A DNA stretch of 61,706 nucleotides, counting the filler. It is 5 parts of 5 records of this genome, joined end to end, with 100 filler letters (N's around TTAATTAATTAA, not from the genome) between each part and the next. Parts side by side here need not be neighbours in the genome. Positions count along the whole stretch, not along the records: positions 13,694 to 40,528 come from DRR723986_8368; 4 more parts are not named here. One strand, written 5' to 3'. A program made the position numbers and the translations under genes. A model generated the notes under the pieces. That model made no database searches and was not told where the DNA came from. It saw only the letters and a program-made list of their open reading frames with translations. Shown one piece after another: positions 17,529-28,237 of the stretch; position 1 is the stretch's first letter; each line of letters opens with the position of its first letter.

Positions 17529-19163
17529 TTACGCTTTCTCCCAAGTCGTCCCCTCTTTGAGGTCTTGCAACGTTATCCCTAGTGCGGCCAAACCATCGCG
17601 GATGGTGTCGGACATCTCAAAATCCTTCTTGCCTCGCGCGCTGGCTCGCAGTTCGATGACCAAGTCCATCAACCCGGAAACCGTCTCGGCACCGCCGCCC
17701 GAGTCGTTGGATTTTGGCTCCTTGATGAACAGCCCGAGGATCGCCCCAAGTTCTCGAAGCACTTTCATCGCCGCTTGCATCTCAGCCATCGATGCATCGG
17801 AACGTTTCTTGGAATCTTCTAGGTTTTCTGCATCGATAAATCGATTGATAGTGCGAGCAATCTCGAACAGGTCGCTGGTTGCGGCTGCGGTGTTAAAGTC
17901 GTCGTCCATCTTGTCGACGAACGCACTGCGAAGTTTGGCAACCTCACCCAGCATACCGCTTTTACCCGCAAGCGCAGCCTCACCTTCGGCCCGAGATCTG
18001 GCGAATGAAAGTTCTTCGTCGCCGCGTTTGTAGAACGACTGCCCAGAGAGCCGTTCGAACCGATCGATCAATCGGTAGAACGCAGCTAGCGCCTGCCCTG
18101 CTTCTTCCAGTCCATCGGGTCCGTAAACAATTGTGCTGCGGTATTGCGAACGCAACAAGAAGAACCGGATACGATCACCGGTCTGCTCTTCGATCAATCG
18201 CGCGAGCCCCCCTGCCCCTTTGCTTCGAGAGATCTTCCCGTCGGTTGGGTTCTCACCGGTATCTGCAGGAGCTTCGCGATCCGTCTTGCCACCAAGTTTT
18301 CCGGCCGCACTACCAGCTCGCATGAGGCCGTTGTGCATCCAATAGCGGACCATCGGCTTGCCGTGGCAGCAACGACTCTGAGCGAGCTCGTTTTCGTGGT
18401 GCGGGAACATCAAATCGAGACCACCACCGTGGATGTCGAAAGTCTCACCCAAGATCCTATGACTCATTGCCGAGCATTCGATGTGCCAGCCGGGACGACC
18501 ATTGCCCCACGGACTCTCCCAGCTTGGTTCACTCTGCTTGGCTTTCTTCCAAAGCGCGAAATCCCCAGGAGACCGCTTCTTGGCAGCCGCGCCACCGCCT
18601 TCGCCCTGCTGGCCTTCAACGGTTCGGTTGGAAAGCTGGCCGTATTCGGGATCTTTCATTACGTCAAAGAAGACATCACCATCGACTTCGTAGGCAAAGT
18701 CCTTCTCGACGAGCTGCTCGATGAACCGGATGATCTCATCCATGTTGTCGGTAGCACGCGGCATATAGTCGATCTGGTCGACGCCCAGTGACTGCAGATT
18801 TGCCATGTAGTCCATGGTCATCTCTGTAGCCACCTGACTCATCGGCACGCCGCGTTTGTTGGAAGCGGCGATCAGTTTGTCGTCGACATCGGTAATGTTG
18901 ACGACAAAAGTCACCTCGTATCCGGAGTAGACCAGGTAACGTTTAATGGTATCAAAGATGACTGGACCAACCATGTGGCCAATGTGTGCTTCCGCGTAGA
19001 CAGTCGGCCCGCACAAATACATTCCCACTTTGCCAGGCTGAACTGTTTGGAACGGCTCTTTTTGTCGAGTCAGCGTGTTGTACACGCGGATGCTGGATGC
19101 GGGCATGGTGTTAGATTCTGTTGATTCGAAAGTGGACGGCTCGCTTGCGGGAACGGCTGACAC
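17529..19163 (-). CDS. cysS: Cysteine--tRNA ligase
   Basis: [45 protein letters not shown]. Start uncertain. Confidence 0.97.
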   Translation of the reverse strand: MSAVPASEPSTFESTESNTMPASSIRVYNTLTRQKEPFQTVQPGKVGMYLCGPTVYAEAHIGHMVGPVIFDTIKRYLVYSGYEVTFVVNITDVDDKLIAASNKRGVPMSQVATEMTMDYMANLQSLGVDQIDYMPRATDNMDEIIRFIEQLVEKDFAYEVDGDVFFDVMKDPEYGQLSNRTVEGQQGEGGGAAAKKRSPGDFALWKKAKQSEPSWESPWGNGRPGWHIECSAMSHRILGETFDIHGGGLDLMFPHHENELAQSRCCHGKPMVRYWMHNGLMRAGSAAGKLGGKTDREAPADTGENPTDGKISRSKGAGGLARLIEEQTGDRIRFFLLRSQYRSTIVYGPDGLEEAGQALAAFYRLIDRFERLSGQSFYKRGDEELSFARSRAEGEAALAGKSGMLGEVAKLRSAFVDKMDDDFNTAAATSDLFEIARTINRFIDAENLEDSKKRSDASMAEMQAAMKVLRELGAILGLFIKEPKSNDSGGGAETVSGLMDLVIELRASARGKKDFEMSDTIRDGLAALGITLQDLKEGTTWEKA

Positions 19164-19489
19164 AGTAGCTTTACTCCATTAAGCAACAATTGACTCTCAC
19201 GCGGCGGCGATGAACAATCGACCGCGATAGACAGCATCGGCACTTCGATGGGCGGGAAATTCCGTTGGTTTCGCTCAGTCGCCGTGTCGGTAGATTATAA
19301 GGGCTAATAAGTTTACCAGGTACGCCAGTTTGCCACCCCAGGCAACGCAAATCTCGGCGTTCACGAAAATCATCGAAGCCGATCACCCAAAACTTGCCGC
19401 CTCAATTGCTAGCACGACGGGTGTCAGGAGCGGTCGGTTCACCAAGCTGGCTGCCTATCCGTCCCAACAATGAAGACAACCGCTCGAAG

Positions 19490-19993
19490 ATGACTCGTCA
19501 GCTCCAACCCAGCAAACTGGATTTCATCTGGCTCACGACCTTTGTGCTGCGTTTCATGGCATGCTCCATCTGTCTGGCACTGCTGGCGATATTCTTGCCA
19601 ACCACCTGGATGCAGGCGATCCATGCCGGCATCGGGCTGGGCGAGCTGCCAGCCAAGCCGATTAACGAGTATCTAACGCGTTCTCTTTCCGCAATGTATT
19701 TCGCCCACGGCGCCTTGCTCCTAACGATAAGCTTTGACGTTCGGAGCTACCAGCGCTTGGTACTGGCCATCGGTCGACTGCACATCCTCCTCGGCGTGCT
19801 GTTCTTCGGCATAGATGTCTGGTCCAAGCTGCCGGTTCTATGGGTCATCGCAGAGGGGCCGCCCATCTGCGCAGGTGGCATCTTGCTCATTTGGTTGCAC
19901 CGGCGAATGAATTTTCAAATTGCGGCAGAGTCTAGTGCCAACGATGCACTCAGGTCTGGTATGAACAGGGAACTTGCGTCAGGCGAACCGTGA
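19490..19993 (+). CDS. Hypothetical 4-TM membrane protein
   Basis: Four hydrophobic segments; EYLTRSLSAMYFAHG. Confidence 0.7.
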   Translation: MTRQLQPSKLDFIWLTTFVLRFMACSICLALLAIFLPTTWMQAIHAGIGLGELPAKPINEYLTRSLSAMYFAHGALLLTISFDVRSYQRLVLAIGRLHILLGVLFFGIDVWSKLPVLWVIAEGPPICAGGILLIWLHRRMNFQIAAESSANDALRSGMNRELASGEP

Positions 19994-20066
19994 CCGATCT
20001 TACCGCGGTCCACATTGCCGGTGATAATCGCCTCGAACAAACACTCGAATCCCCATCCAACAAACA

Positions 20067-21578
20067 ATGGAAAGTGCAGGAATGATTGCGTACTCAATTC
20101 GGCTCGTTGCGGCCGTTGCACTAGTCGGTGTTTCCAGCCATCTTGCCATCGCCGAAGAGGTCAGTCCAAAACCAAATATCCTGTGGATCGTTGGCGAAAA
20201 CCTCAAACTGGATCTGGGGTGTTACGGAGCAGCAAACGTCAAGACGCCCGCGCTGGACAGACTGGCTGAAAAGGGTATGCGATACACGCACGTGTTCTCT
20301 ACGTCACCAGTTTGCGCACCCAGTCGAAGTGCATTTTTCGTCGGGATGTACCAGACGACCACGGACACCCACAACATGCGTTCGCACCGCAACGACGACT
20401 ATCGCCTGCCCGCGGGGGTTCGACCAATAACGCATCGCTTAGGCGACGCGGGATATTTTACAGCGAATATCAAGACGATCGGCGACGTGGAAGTTGGCTC
20501 GGGAAAACTCGATCTCAACTTCGTCAACGAAGGCAAACTGTACGATTCGCAGCGCTGGGAAGATCTCAAAAACAACCAGCCATTCTTTGCACAAATCAAT
20601 ACACTGGAAGCGGAGTACGACATCTACGACCGCCAAACTTGGCGACAACCGCGAGTGCAGTGGAAGGGCGAACAGCAACACGAGCAGATTGCGACGGCTG
20701 AAAATGTCACACCACCCCCTTACTACCCCGACCATCCACTCGTTCGCACTGAATGGGCCCGATATCTAAACAGCATCTCGGGCATGGACAAAACCATCGG
20801 AAGAATCCTCAAGCAACTTGAAGACGACGGATTGGCTGACAACACGATCGTCATTTTCTTCGGGGACAACGGCAGAATTGAACCGCGCGGCATTCATTGG
20901 TGCTATGACACCGGCCTGCATGTGCCCATGATCATTTATTGGCCCAAAGCGTTCCCCACGCCACATGGATTTGCTCAGGGCACGGTATCTGACCAGGTCA
21001 TCAGCCTGATTGACCTAACACCAACCACCCTTCAGTTTGCCGGAATTCCTCGTCCGCTCGGTATGCAAGGTCGTGCGTTTCTTGGTGAAAAACTTGGGCC
21101 ACCACGCGAATATGCATTTTCCGCTCGTGATCGAATTGATGAAACCGTGAATCGCATCCGAAGCGTTCGCGGAAAGAAATATCACTACATCAGAAACTAC
21201 TACCCTGATCGACATTTCACATCGTTGAACCGCTACAAAGAAAAGTGCTTCCCAATTAAGCCTCTCATGCGGCGAATGATGGCCGAAGGAACCCTGGTCG
21301 GTCCTCCTGCAGAACTCATGAGTGACACCGTTGCACCCGAGCAGCTATTTGACACCGAGGCAGATCCACACGAAATACACAACTTGGCAAGCTCCACAGA
21401 TCCGGCCCACCTGGCCGCGCTCGCTAGAATGCGAGAAGCGCTGGATGTGTGGATCGTGGAAACTCAAGATCAGGGCGAGTTTCCTGAATCCGAAGAAATC
21501 GTGGCACCGTTTGAGAAAGAGATGCACGATTGGTTTGGCACTCCAGCGTGGTACCAGAATGCTAATGCGGACCAATGA
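20067..21578 (+). CDS. Formylglycine-dependent (S1) sulfatase, secreted
   Basis: Signal peptide, KPNILWI, CAPSR signature, GDNG, LFDTEADPHEIHNLA. Confidence 0.95.
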   Translation: MESAGMIAYSIRLVAAVALVGVSSHLAIAEEVSPKPNILWIVGENLKLDLGCYGAANVKTPALDRLAEKGMRYTHVFSTSPVCAPSRSAFFVGMYQTTTDTHNMRSHRNDDYRLPAGVRPITHRLGDAGYFTANIKTIGDVEVGSGKLDLNFVNEGKLYDSQRWEDLKNNQPFFAQINTLEAEYDIYDRQTWRQPRVQWKGEQQHEQIATAENVTPPPYYPDHPLVRTEWARYLNSISGMDKTIGRILKQLEDDGLADNTIVIFFGDNGRIEPRGIHWCYDTGLHVPMIIYWPKAFPTPHGFAQGTVSDQVISLIDLTPTTLQFAGIPRPLGMQGRAFLGEKLGPPREYAFSARDRIDETVNRIRSVRGKKYHYIRNYYPDRHFTSLNRYKEKCFPIKPLMRRMMAEGTLVGPPAELMSDTVAPEQLFDTEADPHEIHNLASSTDPAHLAALARMREALDVWIVETQDQGEFPESEEIVAPFEKEMHDWFGTPAWYQNANADQ

Positions 21579-21704
21579 CGACCGGTCTCAAAGCGAACGA
21601 CCGCTGACTAGACGGGATTGTGCCATTGGTGTTTGGTGTCAAAATGCGCTAGAGCCGCCGCTTGTACGAAATGAAAACTACTCTTCGAAGTTGGGAAATG
21701 GTCA

Positions 21705-22589
21705 GTGGCCGATTCTGTCGAGAGAAAATCTGCTAAAGCAGTTCACCCAAACTACCTTGCCGTTTTCCTTACGTTCGCGAAGAACTCGTTCATTCGTGAC
21801 ACGATGTTCCGCGCCAATTTCATCATCGAAGCCATATCGAGTCTGTCTTGGGCGTTCATGAACGTCGGCTTCTATTGGATTATCTTCGAACACGCGACCA
21901 GCATCGGCAGCAACACGGGCTGGGGCAAGTACGAATTTTTTGTGTTCATGGGAACGACGTGGATTATCAACTCCATCGTTCAGGCATTCTTCATGCCGAA
22001 TTCCGAACAGTTTAGCGAGCTGATTCGCACCGGCGGCTTAGATTTTGCAATGCTCAAGCCGATCGATACGCAGTTCCTCATATCATTCGGAAAAGTATCC
22101 TGGCCTAGCCTCTCAAATCTACTTTTCGGGATCATGATTACGCTGCTCAGCCTATGGAAGCTGTCGGCCAGAGATACAAATCCATGGACACTAAAGCCAG
22201 AAATGCTTGTCCTGTACCCGCTCTACGTTGGCTGTGGTGTTGCCATCCTGTACAGCCTCATGACTTGCCTAGCGGCGACCAGTGTGTGGCTTGGACGCAA
22301 CCAAACCCTGTATGACTTTTGGTTCTACATAACCAATTTTTCACGTTACCCGCTCGAGATCTATTCCCGCGGATGGGGATTGCCATTGATGCTAATCTTC
22401 ACGTTCGTCATTCCGGTGCTGGTCGTCGTTAACGTACCGGCCCGAATGCTGGCAGAGCCACTTTCGCCTCGAGCTTGGTGGGAATGGCCACTGGCTGGGT
22501 TTACGCTGTTCGCAACACTGGGATGCGTATTGTTTACTCGATGGTTATTCACGAAAGCACTGCTGTCGTATCGCAGCGCAAGTAGCTAG
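21705..22589 (+). CDS. ABC-2 family permease (DUF990-like)
   Basis: FRANF, IRTGGLDFAMLKPID, SRYPLEIY, ends YRSASS. Confidence 0.88.
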   Translation: MADSVERKSAKAVHPNYLAVFLTFAKNSFIRDTMFRANFIIEAISSLSWAFMNVGFYWIIFEHATSIGSNTGWGKYEFFVFMGTTWIINSIVQAFFMPNSEQFSELIRTGGLDFAMLKPIDTQFLISFGKVSWPSLSNLLFGIMITLLSLWKLSARDTNPWTLKPEMLVLYPLYVGCGVAILYSLMTCLAATSVWLGRNQTLYDFWFYITNFSRYPLEIYSRGWGLPLMLIFTFVIPVLVVVNVPARMLAEPLSPRAWWEWPLAGFTLFATLGCVLFTRWLFTKALLSYRSASS

Positions 22590-22731
22590 CCGACGGCCCT
22601 CGATCAACTCGACATGCCGACGCTCCACTGGGAAGTGCCACATCACTTCCAAACTACACTATCGCGACGACGCCAGAACGCCGCCGCAACTCATTGATAC
22701 CTGCACCACTGATGGAGTTCTCCGCAAGGAA

Positions 22732-23970
22732 CTATTGCGACACCAAGCCATTCGACTCGAAACTGCTGAACGTTTCATCTGTCAAATCGAGGCCAACGAG
22801 ATCTGCAAGTTCTGTCCCGGCTATGTCATCCGGTTCAAGTTCGAAGTTGTTGGGAAGCTGGATGGTAAACTTAGTGCCCTGTCCAGGACGGCTTTCAACC
22901 TCGATCGTCCCCTGGTGACCATCAATGGCCAGCCGGCAGAATGCCAGACCAAGGTTGTACTCGCGAGAGCGCCCGGTCTCATCTAAGTTGTACGATGGCA
23001 GAAGTTGCTGTACATCATCGCCTGCAACCCCTTTGCCATTGTCGCTGACCTCAAACGTGGTTTGCAAGTCATCGGCAATACAGTTGACAATGACCTGCGT
23101 CCCGGGCCCACCATGTTTCAAAGCATTGTTAACCAGGTTGACTACAACGCGGCTAATGATGGATTTATCACACCACACATCGCAGTCATCGCCAACATCA
23201 AAGTACACGTTGTTGACGTCCGATAACATCGCGCGGGCGGCTCGTGCGATAATGCTAAATCGAGTTACGTGCTTGGAAACAGCCAGCGCATCGGAAAGTT
23301 GTCGCCTCTGCTCAGGCAGTCGCTTAACCATTTGAGCCATCCTTTGGCACGCGTCGACGCCCGATTCAATGCGATCCGCGACGCCATCGTGTTCAATCGG
23401 TTCATCGGAGGCCAGAGCGGACTTCATCAATTCTAGCATTTCCATGACTTCTTGCAGTGGGTTTGTCATGTCGTGAACCAGCAGCTTAGTAATGTACTGC
23501 TGCTGCCGGTCCAGCATGATCTGCTCACGAAGCAACGATTCAAAAGCAATCGCCCGCTCGCGATCTCGCTTGCGAAGTTCCTCGACTTCTAACCGAGAAC
23601 AAATGCGTGCTTCGATCTCTTCAAGAACAAATGGAGCAACCACGTAGTCAGCCGCACCACACTGAAAACCTAGCCGACGTTGTTCGGCCGAGTCATCAGC
23701 GCTAATGAAGATAATGGGGGTCGCTTCCGTATTCTCGTTCTCTTTGAGAATGCGGCAGGCTTCAAATCCATTGATCCCAGGCATATTTACATCCATCAGG
23801 ATGAGACTGGGTGGATCCAGGTCTGCTGAACGGATGGCTTCAGCCGCACTGGTTGATGCACGCACCGCAAAACCATTCAACTCTAAAAATGTAGAGAGTA
23901 GTTCCAAGTTTGCGGGGTGATCATCCACGATTAAAACCGTGGGTTCACTCTCGAGTGTGGATGGTCTCAT
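22732..23970 (-). CDS. Hybrid response regulator-histidine kinase (REC-HisKA-HATPase)
   Basis: VLIVDD, LMDVNMP, VHDMTNPL, NLVNNALKH, SDNGKG. Confidence 0.9.
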   Translation of the reverse strand: MRPSTLESEPTVLIVDDHPANLELLSTFLELNGFAVRASTSAAEAIRSADLDPPSLILMDVNMPGINGFEACRILKENENTEATPIIFISADDSAEQRRLGFQCGAADYVVAPFVLEEIEARICSRLEVEELRKRDRERAIAFESLLREQIMLDRQQQYITKLLVHDMTNPLQEVMEMLELMKSALASDEPIEHDGVADRIESGVDACQRMAQMVKRLPEQRRQLSDALAVSKHVTRFSIIARAARAMLSDVNNVYFDVGDDCDVWCDKSIISRVVVNLVNNALKHGGPGTQVIVNCIADDLQTTFEVSDNGKGVAGDDVQQLLPSYNLDETGRSREYNLGLAFCRLAIDGHQGTIEVESRPGQGTKFTIQLPNNFELEPDDIAGTELADLVGLDLTDETFSSFESNGLVSQ

Positions 23971-26564
23971 AGCTTGCTACTCACCTCTGCGATAGAAAGT
24001 TTTGATTCCAACTCTTTGAACGCGAATTGGCGTGCGAGTACCTTGAGTTCTTCTACATCTTTGCCATCTGCTTCGAGTTCGGTAAGGATGTTGATGAGCT
24101 CATTTCTCGACAGCCGTGAGGTTGCCGAGCGAAGTCGTGTCAGGGCCGCTTCAGGTAGATCGATCGCTGAAGCAGTTGCTTCACCTGAGCCTTCAACCAA
24201 CCCAAGCTCTAGTAGTTCCGCGGTAGTGTGAAACAGCTCCGCCTCCGTAACCGGCTTCCGGATAAAGCAGTCGGTTCCTGTCTCTTTTGCACTTTCTTGA
24301 TCGATGTCGAATACGCTGGCAGAGACGGTCACAATCTTGGGGTGGTCGCCGCCGGGTAGTTCACGAATTTTCCGGATCGCGGTCAGTCCATCCATCCTTG
24401 GCATGCGGATATCCATCAAGATCAATTCCGGCATCTTGATTTTACACTGCGTTACAGCTTCTACTCCGTCGCACGCATAAACCAAGTCGAGCGGCTCGTC
24501 TTCGAGCATTTGCAGGATGACTTCGCGATTGAGCTGCACGTCGTCGACGACCAGAACCGTTGGTGCATCGGCACCCTTTGGAAGCGACAGCGAGAAACCA
24601 TTCTCCGCATCCAGGCTCGACTGCTCTACCTCTTGCTGAGCTTGAGAGACCTTCAGCGGAATCTCTAGTCGGAAACAAACCCCTGGTCCAGTCTTATCGA
24701 CGGTGAAGATACGCCCACCGAGGATCTCGGCAAACTTCCGGCAAAGCGACAATCCAAGGCCACTACCAGCCTGGTCTTCGGAAGACGCCATACTCTGTTC
24801 AAAATCACCGAAGATCAGCTCGCGATCTTCTTCCGGAATTCCCGGACCAGTGTCATCAACCTCAAACCTCAAGTACCGCTTCTCGTAGTTGGCTGGATCG
24901 ACATTAATCGATAGGTACACGTGACCACGCTTGATGAATTTGAAGGAGTTCCCAAGCAGATTGACAAGAATCTGTCGCAGTTTCGCATGGTCGGAAACAA
25001 TCGTCTCTGGAATATCTGAACTGACGTCGATCGCAAACTCAATTCCAGAGCTAGAAGCCGTTTCGGTGAAGATTGCTTTGAGCTGGTCGCAGAGAGACCC
25101 GACTGAGAACGGCTTCTCATTCAGCTCCATCTTCCCGGCTTCGATCTTCGACAGCTCGAGGACATCATTTATCAGCGTAAGCAGGTGTTCTCCGCTGCTT
25201 AGAATCGCTTCAACCTGGCGTGCGCCACGCTCATCCAAATTCCGTGCCCTCCTGAGCAACTGTGCCATTCCAAGAATTGCGTTCAGAGGGGTGCGAATCT
25301 CGTGTGACATGCTCGCCAAGAATCGCGTCTTGGCAAGGTTCGCTGCATCCGCTCGTTCGCGTGCCTCAGCAACTTCGTGTTGCGTTCGCAGGCGGGCAAC
25401 CATCTCAGAAAGTGAACTAGACAATTGCCGTGCCTCAGTGGGCCCCGAGTTTGGAAGGCTCTTTTCCAAGTCGCCTTCGGCAATGCCATTTGCCGCTTCA
25501 ACAAACTGTTCGAATGAAGAAGCGATACCGTTGGATGTGTACAGGAAGAACGATACGCCAAGTACAGAACCGATCACAGCCATCGCGATGATTGTCATCC
25601 GCAATAGAATCAATGCAGAGTTCAGCGTATCGATTTGTCCAATCGCTTCCGCTTTCTCCTCGTCCGCCGAGAAAGCGAGAAGGTCCGTTAGTTTTTCGAG
25701 CGTGACGTGCTCTAGCTGATCAGCAATCTCAAGAGCAGAACTCTTGTTGCCGGGATTGTATCCGTTGAAAATGCGGTCTGCTTCGACAGCGATATCGGAG
25801 TGTAACTGCTTCAGTTCCCTAATAGCGCTCTTCTCATGGTCCTCGGTTTCAAGGAGTTCAAGACTCATCAAGACACGATCAAAACGACGACTTGCCGTCG
25901 AGAAGATTTGCCGCTCTTCCATTTCGCCAGCGACATACTCGCTGACGCTGTTGACCATGTCGCTCGCTGCGTCTGCGAGTTGCAGATACTTGAAAACGCC
26001 CGGAAGATCATCCTCGACAACCTCACGTAAATCGCTTTGCCGGAGGGCGTCTTGATACTCTTTGTCAGAATATGCGACCAACGCCTGCTCGAGTTCACGT
26101 CCGATTGTGTTCTGCAGATCGTCCGCGGCTTTGATGGCCTTTTTCTCTCGTCCAGGAGAATAGGGATCAAAAATTTCATTCTCAGCCCGCATCACATAGG
26201 TCTCAAACAATCGTGTCGCCTGATCGACGCGGTCTTGTTCAAGCGGTTGCGACACAAGTTCGCCCAAACCTTCAATGTGCTTTCGCAGCTCCTGTGTGTT
26301 CTCGACAAAGTCCTGGTGCTCATCGACTTCTCCAGCCAGATAGTCGAGCAAGTTACTGTTAAGGTCTCGCGACTTCTCAAGTGCTTGCAGGTAGAGAATA
26401 ACACCAGGAACGTCATCATTACGAACTTGGTGTGCTAACCCAATCCAGCTGGTCAGGCTGATCACTGCGTAGACAGTCGTCAGTGCCAGCGGAATGAACA
26501 GTGCCAAGAACGTAGCTAGCTGACGAGCACGAAGGCTCAACAACCAATCACTGAACGACTTCAT
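23967..26564 (-). CDS. Membrane hybrid sensor histidine kinase (duplicated helical sensor, HAMP, HisKA, HATPase, REC)
   Basis: MSHEIRTPLN, QILVNLLGNSFKF, DTGPGI, GSGLGL, LMDIRMP. Probable start MKSFSDW. Confidence 0.93.
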   Translation of the reverse strand: MKSFSDWLLSLRARQLATFLALFIPLALTTVYAVISLTSWIGLAHQVRNDDVPGVILYLQALEKSRDLNSNLLDYLAGEVDEHQDFVENTQELRKHIEGLGELVSQPLEQDRVDQATRLFETYVMRAENEIFDPYSPGREKKAIKAADDLQNTIGRELEQALVAYSDKEYQDALRQSDLREVVEDDLPGVFKYLQLADAASDMVNSVSEYVAGEMEERQIFSTASRRFDRVLMSLELLETEDHEKSAIRELKQLHSDIAVEADRIFNGYNPGNKSSALEIADQLEHVTLEKLTDLLAFSADEEKAEAIGQIDTLNSALILLRMTIIAMAVIGSVLGVSFFLYTSNGIASSFEQFVEAANGIAEGDLEKSLPNSGPTEARQLSSSLSEMVARLRTQHEVAEARERADAANLAKTRFLASMSHEIRTPLNAILGMAQLLRRARNLDERGARQVEAILSSGEHLLTLINDVLELSKIEAGKMELNEKPFSVGSLCDQLKAIFTETASSSGIEFAIDVSSDIPETIVSDHAKLRQILVNLLGNSFKFIKRGHVYLSINVDPANYEKRYLRFEVDDTGPGIPEEDRELIFGDFEQSMASSEDQAGSGLGLSLCRKFAEILGGRIFTVDKTGPGVCFRLEIPLKVSQAQQEVEQSSLDAENGFSLSLPKGADAPTVLVVDDVQLNREVILQMLEDEPLDLVYACDGVEAVTQCKIKMPELILMDIRMPRMDGLTAIRKIRELPGGDHPKIVTVSASVFDIDQESAKETGTDCFIRKPVTEAELFHTTAELLELGLVEGSGEATASAIDLPEAALTRLRSATSRLSRNELINILTELEADGKDVEELKVLARQFAFKELESKLSIAEVSSKL

Positions 26565-26871
26565 AACGATGATTTCCCTTGTGTTAGAATAGGCGTGCAC
26601 GCAAGTGTAGCCCTCAAGAAAAACCCTGACCGGACAAGCAGCGTGCGCGTTTCCGCAAAACCAACGCATGTGGCGCATATCCGCCAATCCGAAAACTAAT
26701 CTTTGACTCAGCGAAAAGTCGTAAGGTCAAGCGCCAAAGAATGCGGACTCGAATCGGCCGCAATGCGTTGAATCACTCAAGAACTCGATCAGCCAGAAAT
26801 CAGCTGGTATGGAGCTGGTAGAGAAGAAGTGAAATCGCGGAAGCTGCCGCGAAGTGACTCAGGTGGTAGAA

Positions 26872-27963
26872 CTAGGCCGCATTGCGGGAATCCACCGTCG
26901 GAATCGCCTTACCCTGCAGTTCGTATACGTACCGCAGCACTTCAGCGACGGCAGCATACTGATCAACCGGGATGGTGTCGCCAACTTCGACAATCTTGAA
27001 CAGAGCCCGAGCCAGTGGCTTGCGTTCGACAACGGGCACGCCAGCCTCTAACGCCAGCTTCCGAATCCGAGCGGCCAAGTGCCCTGAGCCCTTTGCAACG
27101 ACCAAAGGAGCCACCATCGTCTCGGCATCAAACTTGATCGCAATAGCCAACTCAGTCGGGTTGGTGATAACAACATCTGCTTCGGGGATTGCGGACGCAA
27201 GCTGCCCCATCGCCATCTGTCGTTGAATCTGCCGCCGCTTTTGCGCGACGTGCGGATCTCCATTCATCATCTTCATTTCTTCGCGGACTTCCTGATCCGT
27301 CATCCGCAAATCCTGCTCTGTCTTCCATCTTTGAAAACCGTAGTCAGCAACGGCCAGCAGCAGTAGCACGATTGCGGTTCTCATGCACAGGTCCATCGTC
27401 GTGTCCCAAACGAGCGTTCCGATCTGGCCGGCCGACAGTGTGTGCGCGCCGATGATCAGATCCCAGCGAGCCCAAAGTCCGAGGACGATGACCGCCGTCA
27501 CCAACGCAATCTTGAGAAGTCCAAAACCTAGTCTTGCAAAGTTGGGAAGCTGGAACAAACGCTTGAACCCCTTCAAGGGGTCGATATGCTTGATGTCAAA
27601 CTTCAATTTGTCGGGCAGGAACAAGAAACCGATTTGGAACCAGTTGTTGACTAAAATGACGCCGCAGATCCCAAGCATCAGCGGCAAGAGTTTTACGAGT
27701 AGTTCGTCGCCGCCCTGTGCCAGAAGAGCACTTGCCGAGCGTGCGTCTAGGTCGCGAAAGTAGTCCTGCGTCAGGCAACCTGTCATGATCGCCGCGATAC
27801 TGTTCAGCAGCGCTGGTCCTGCCCACGAAAGGAGAAATACTGCAGCCAGCAGCACCAAAGCTGACCCGAGATCCGAACTTCGCGCAACTTGCCCCTTCTC
27901 GCGCGCCTGGCGGCGGCGATATTCGGTCGGCGCGTGTTTCTTGTCTCCAGCTTCGTCCGCCAC
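26872..27963 (-). CDS. flhB: Flagellar export protein FlhB
   Basis: KKHAPTEYRRRQAREKGQVARS, four TMs, LRMTDQEVREEMK..GDP, ITNPTE, YAAVAEVL. Confidence 0.93.
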   Translation of the reverse strand: MADEAGDKKHAPTEYRRRQAREKGQVARSSDLGSALVLLAAVFLLSWAGPALLNSIAAIMTGCLTQDYFRDLDARSASALLAQGGDELLVKLLPLMLGICGVILVNNWFQIGFLFLPDKLKFDIKHIDPLKGFKRLFQLPNFARLGFGLLKIALVTAVIVLGLWARWDLIIGAHTLSAGQIGTLVWDTTMDLCMRTAIVLLLLAVADYGFQRWKTEQDLRMTDQEVREEMKMMNGDPHVAQKRRQIQRQMAMGQLASAIPEADVVITNPTELAIAIKFDAETMVAPLVVAKGSGHLAARIRKLALEAGVPVVERKPLARALFKIVEVGDTIPVDQYAAVAEVLRYVYELQGKAIPTVDSRNAA

Positions 27964-28237
27964 GTCATATCCTGATCGTCATTCCTGCAGACCACTCAAG
28001 CCCCTGCTGAGCATCGTAGTAAACAACACGAGCGCAAGCGGGCATGTCGGGTTGTCCCAGATCCTGCGGCCAACAGCAAGGTGTTTTGCATCAACGGCGT
28101 GAGCGCACCCTATCTGGCTGCTGCTATCTCTCAGCCGAGACGCTCCCTAGCTCTCAGCCGGGACGATATGTTGCCTCAAGCGAGCTTGTGAACAACAATG
28201 ATTGCTGGCATTTCCTATGGCTGCCTATGGAACACCA

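Noticed and set aside
3484-21578. FGE-domain protein as the maturase of the sulfatase at 20067
   Set aside because: They are on different contigs from different organisms, and the FGE domain lacks the catalytic cysteines.
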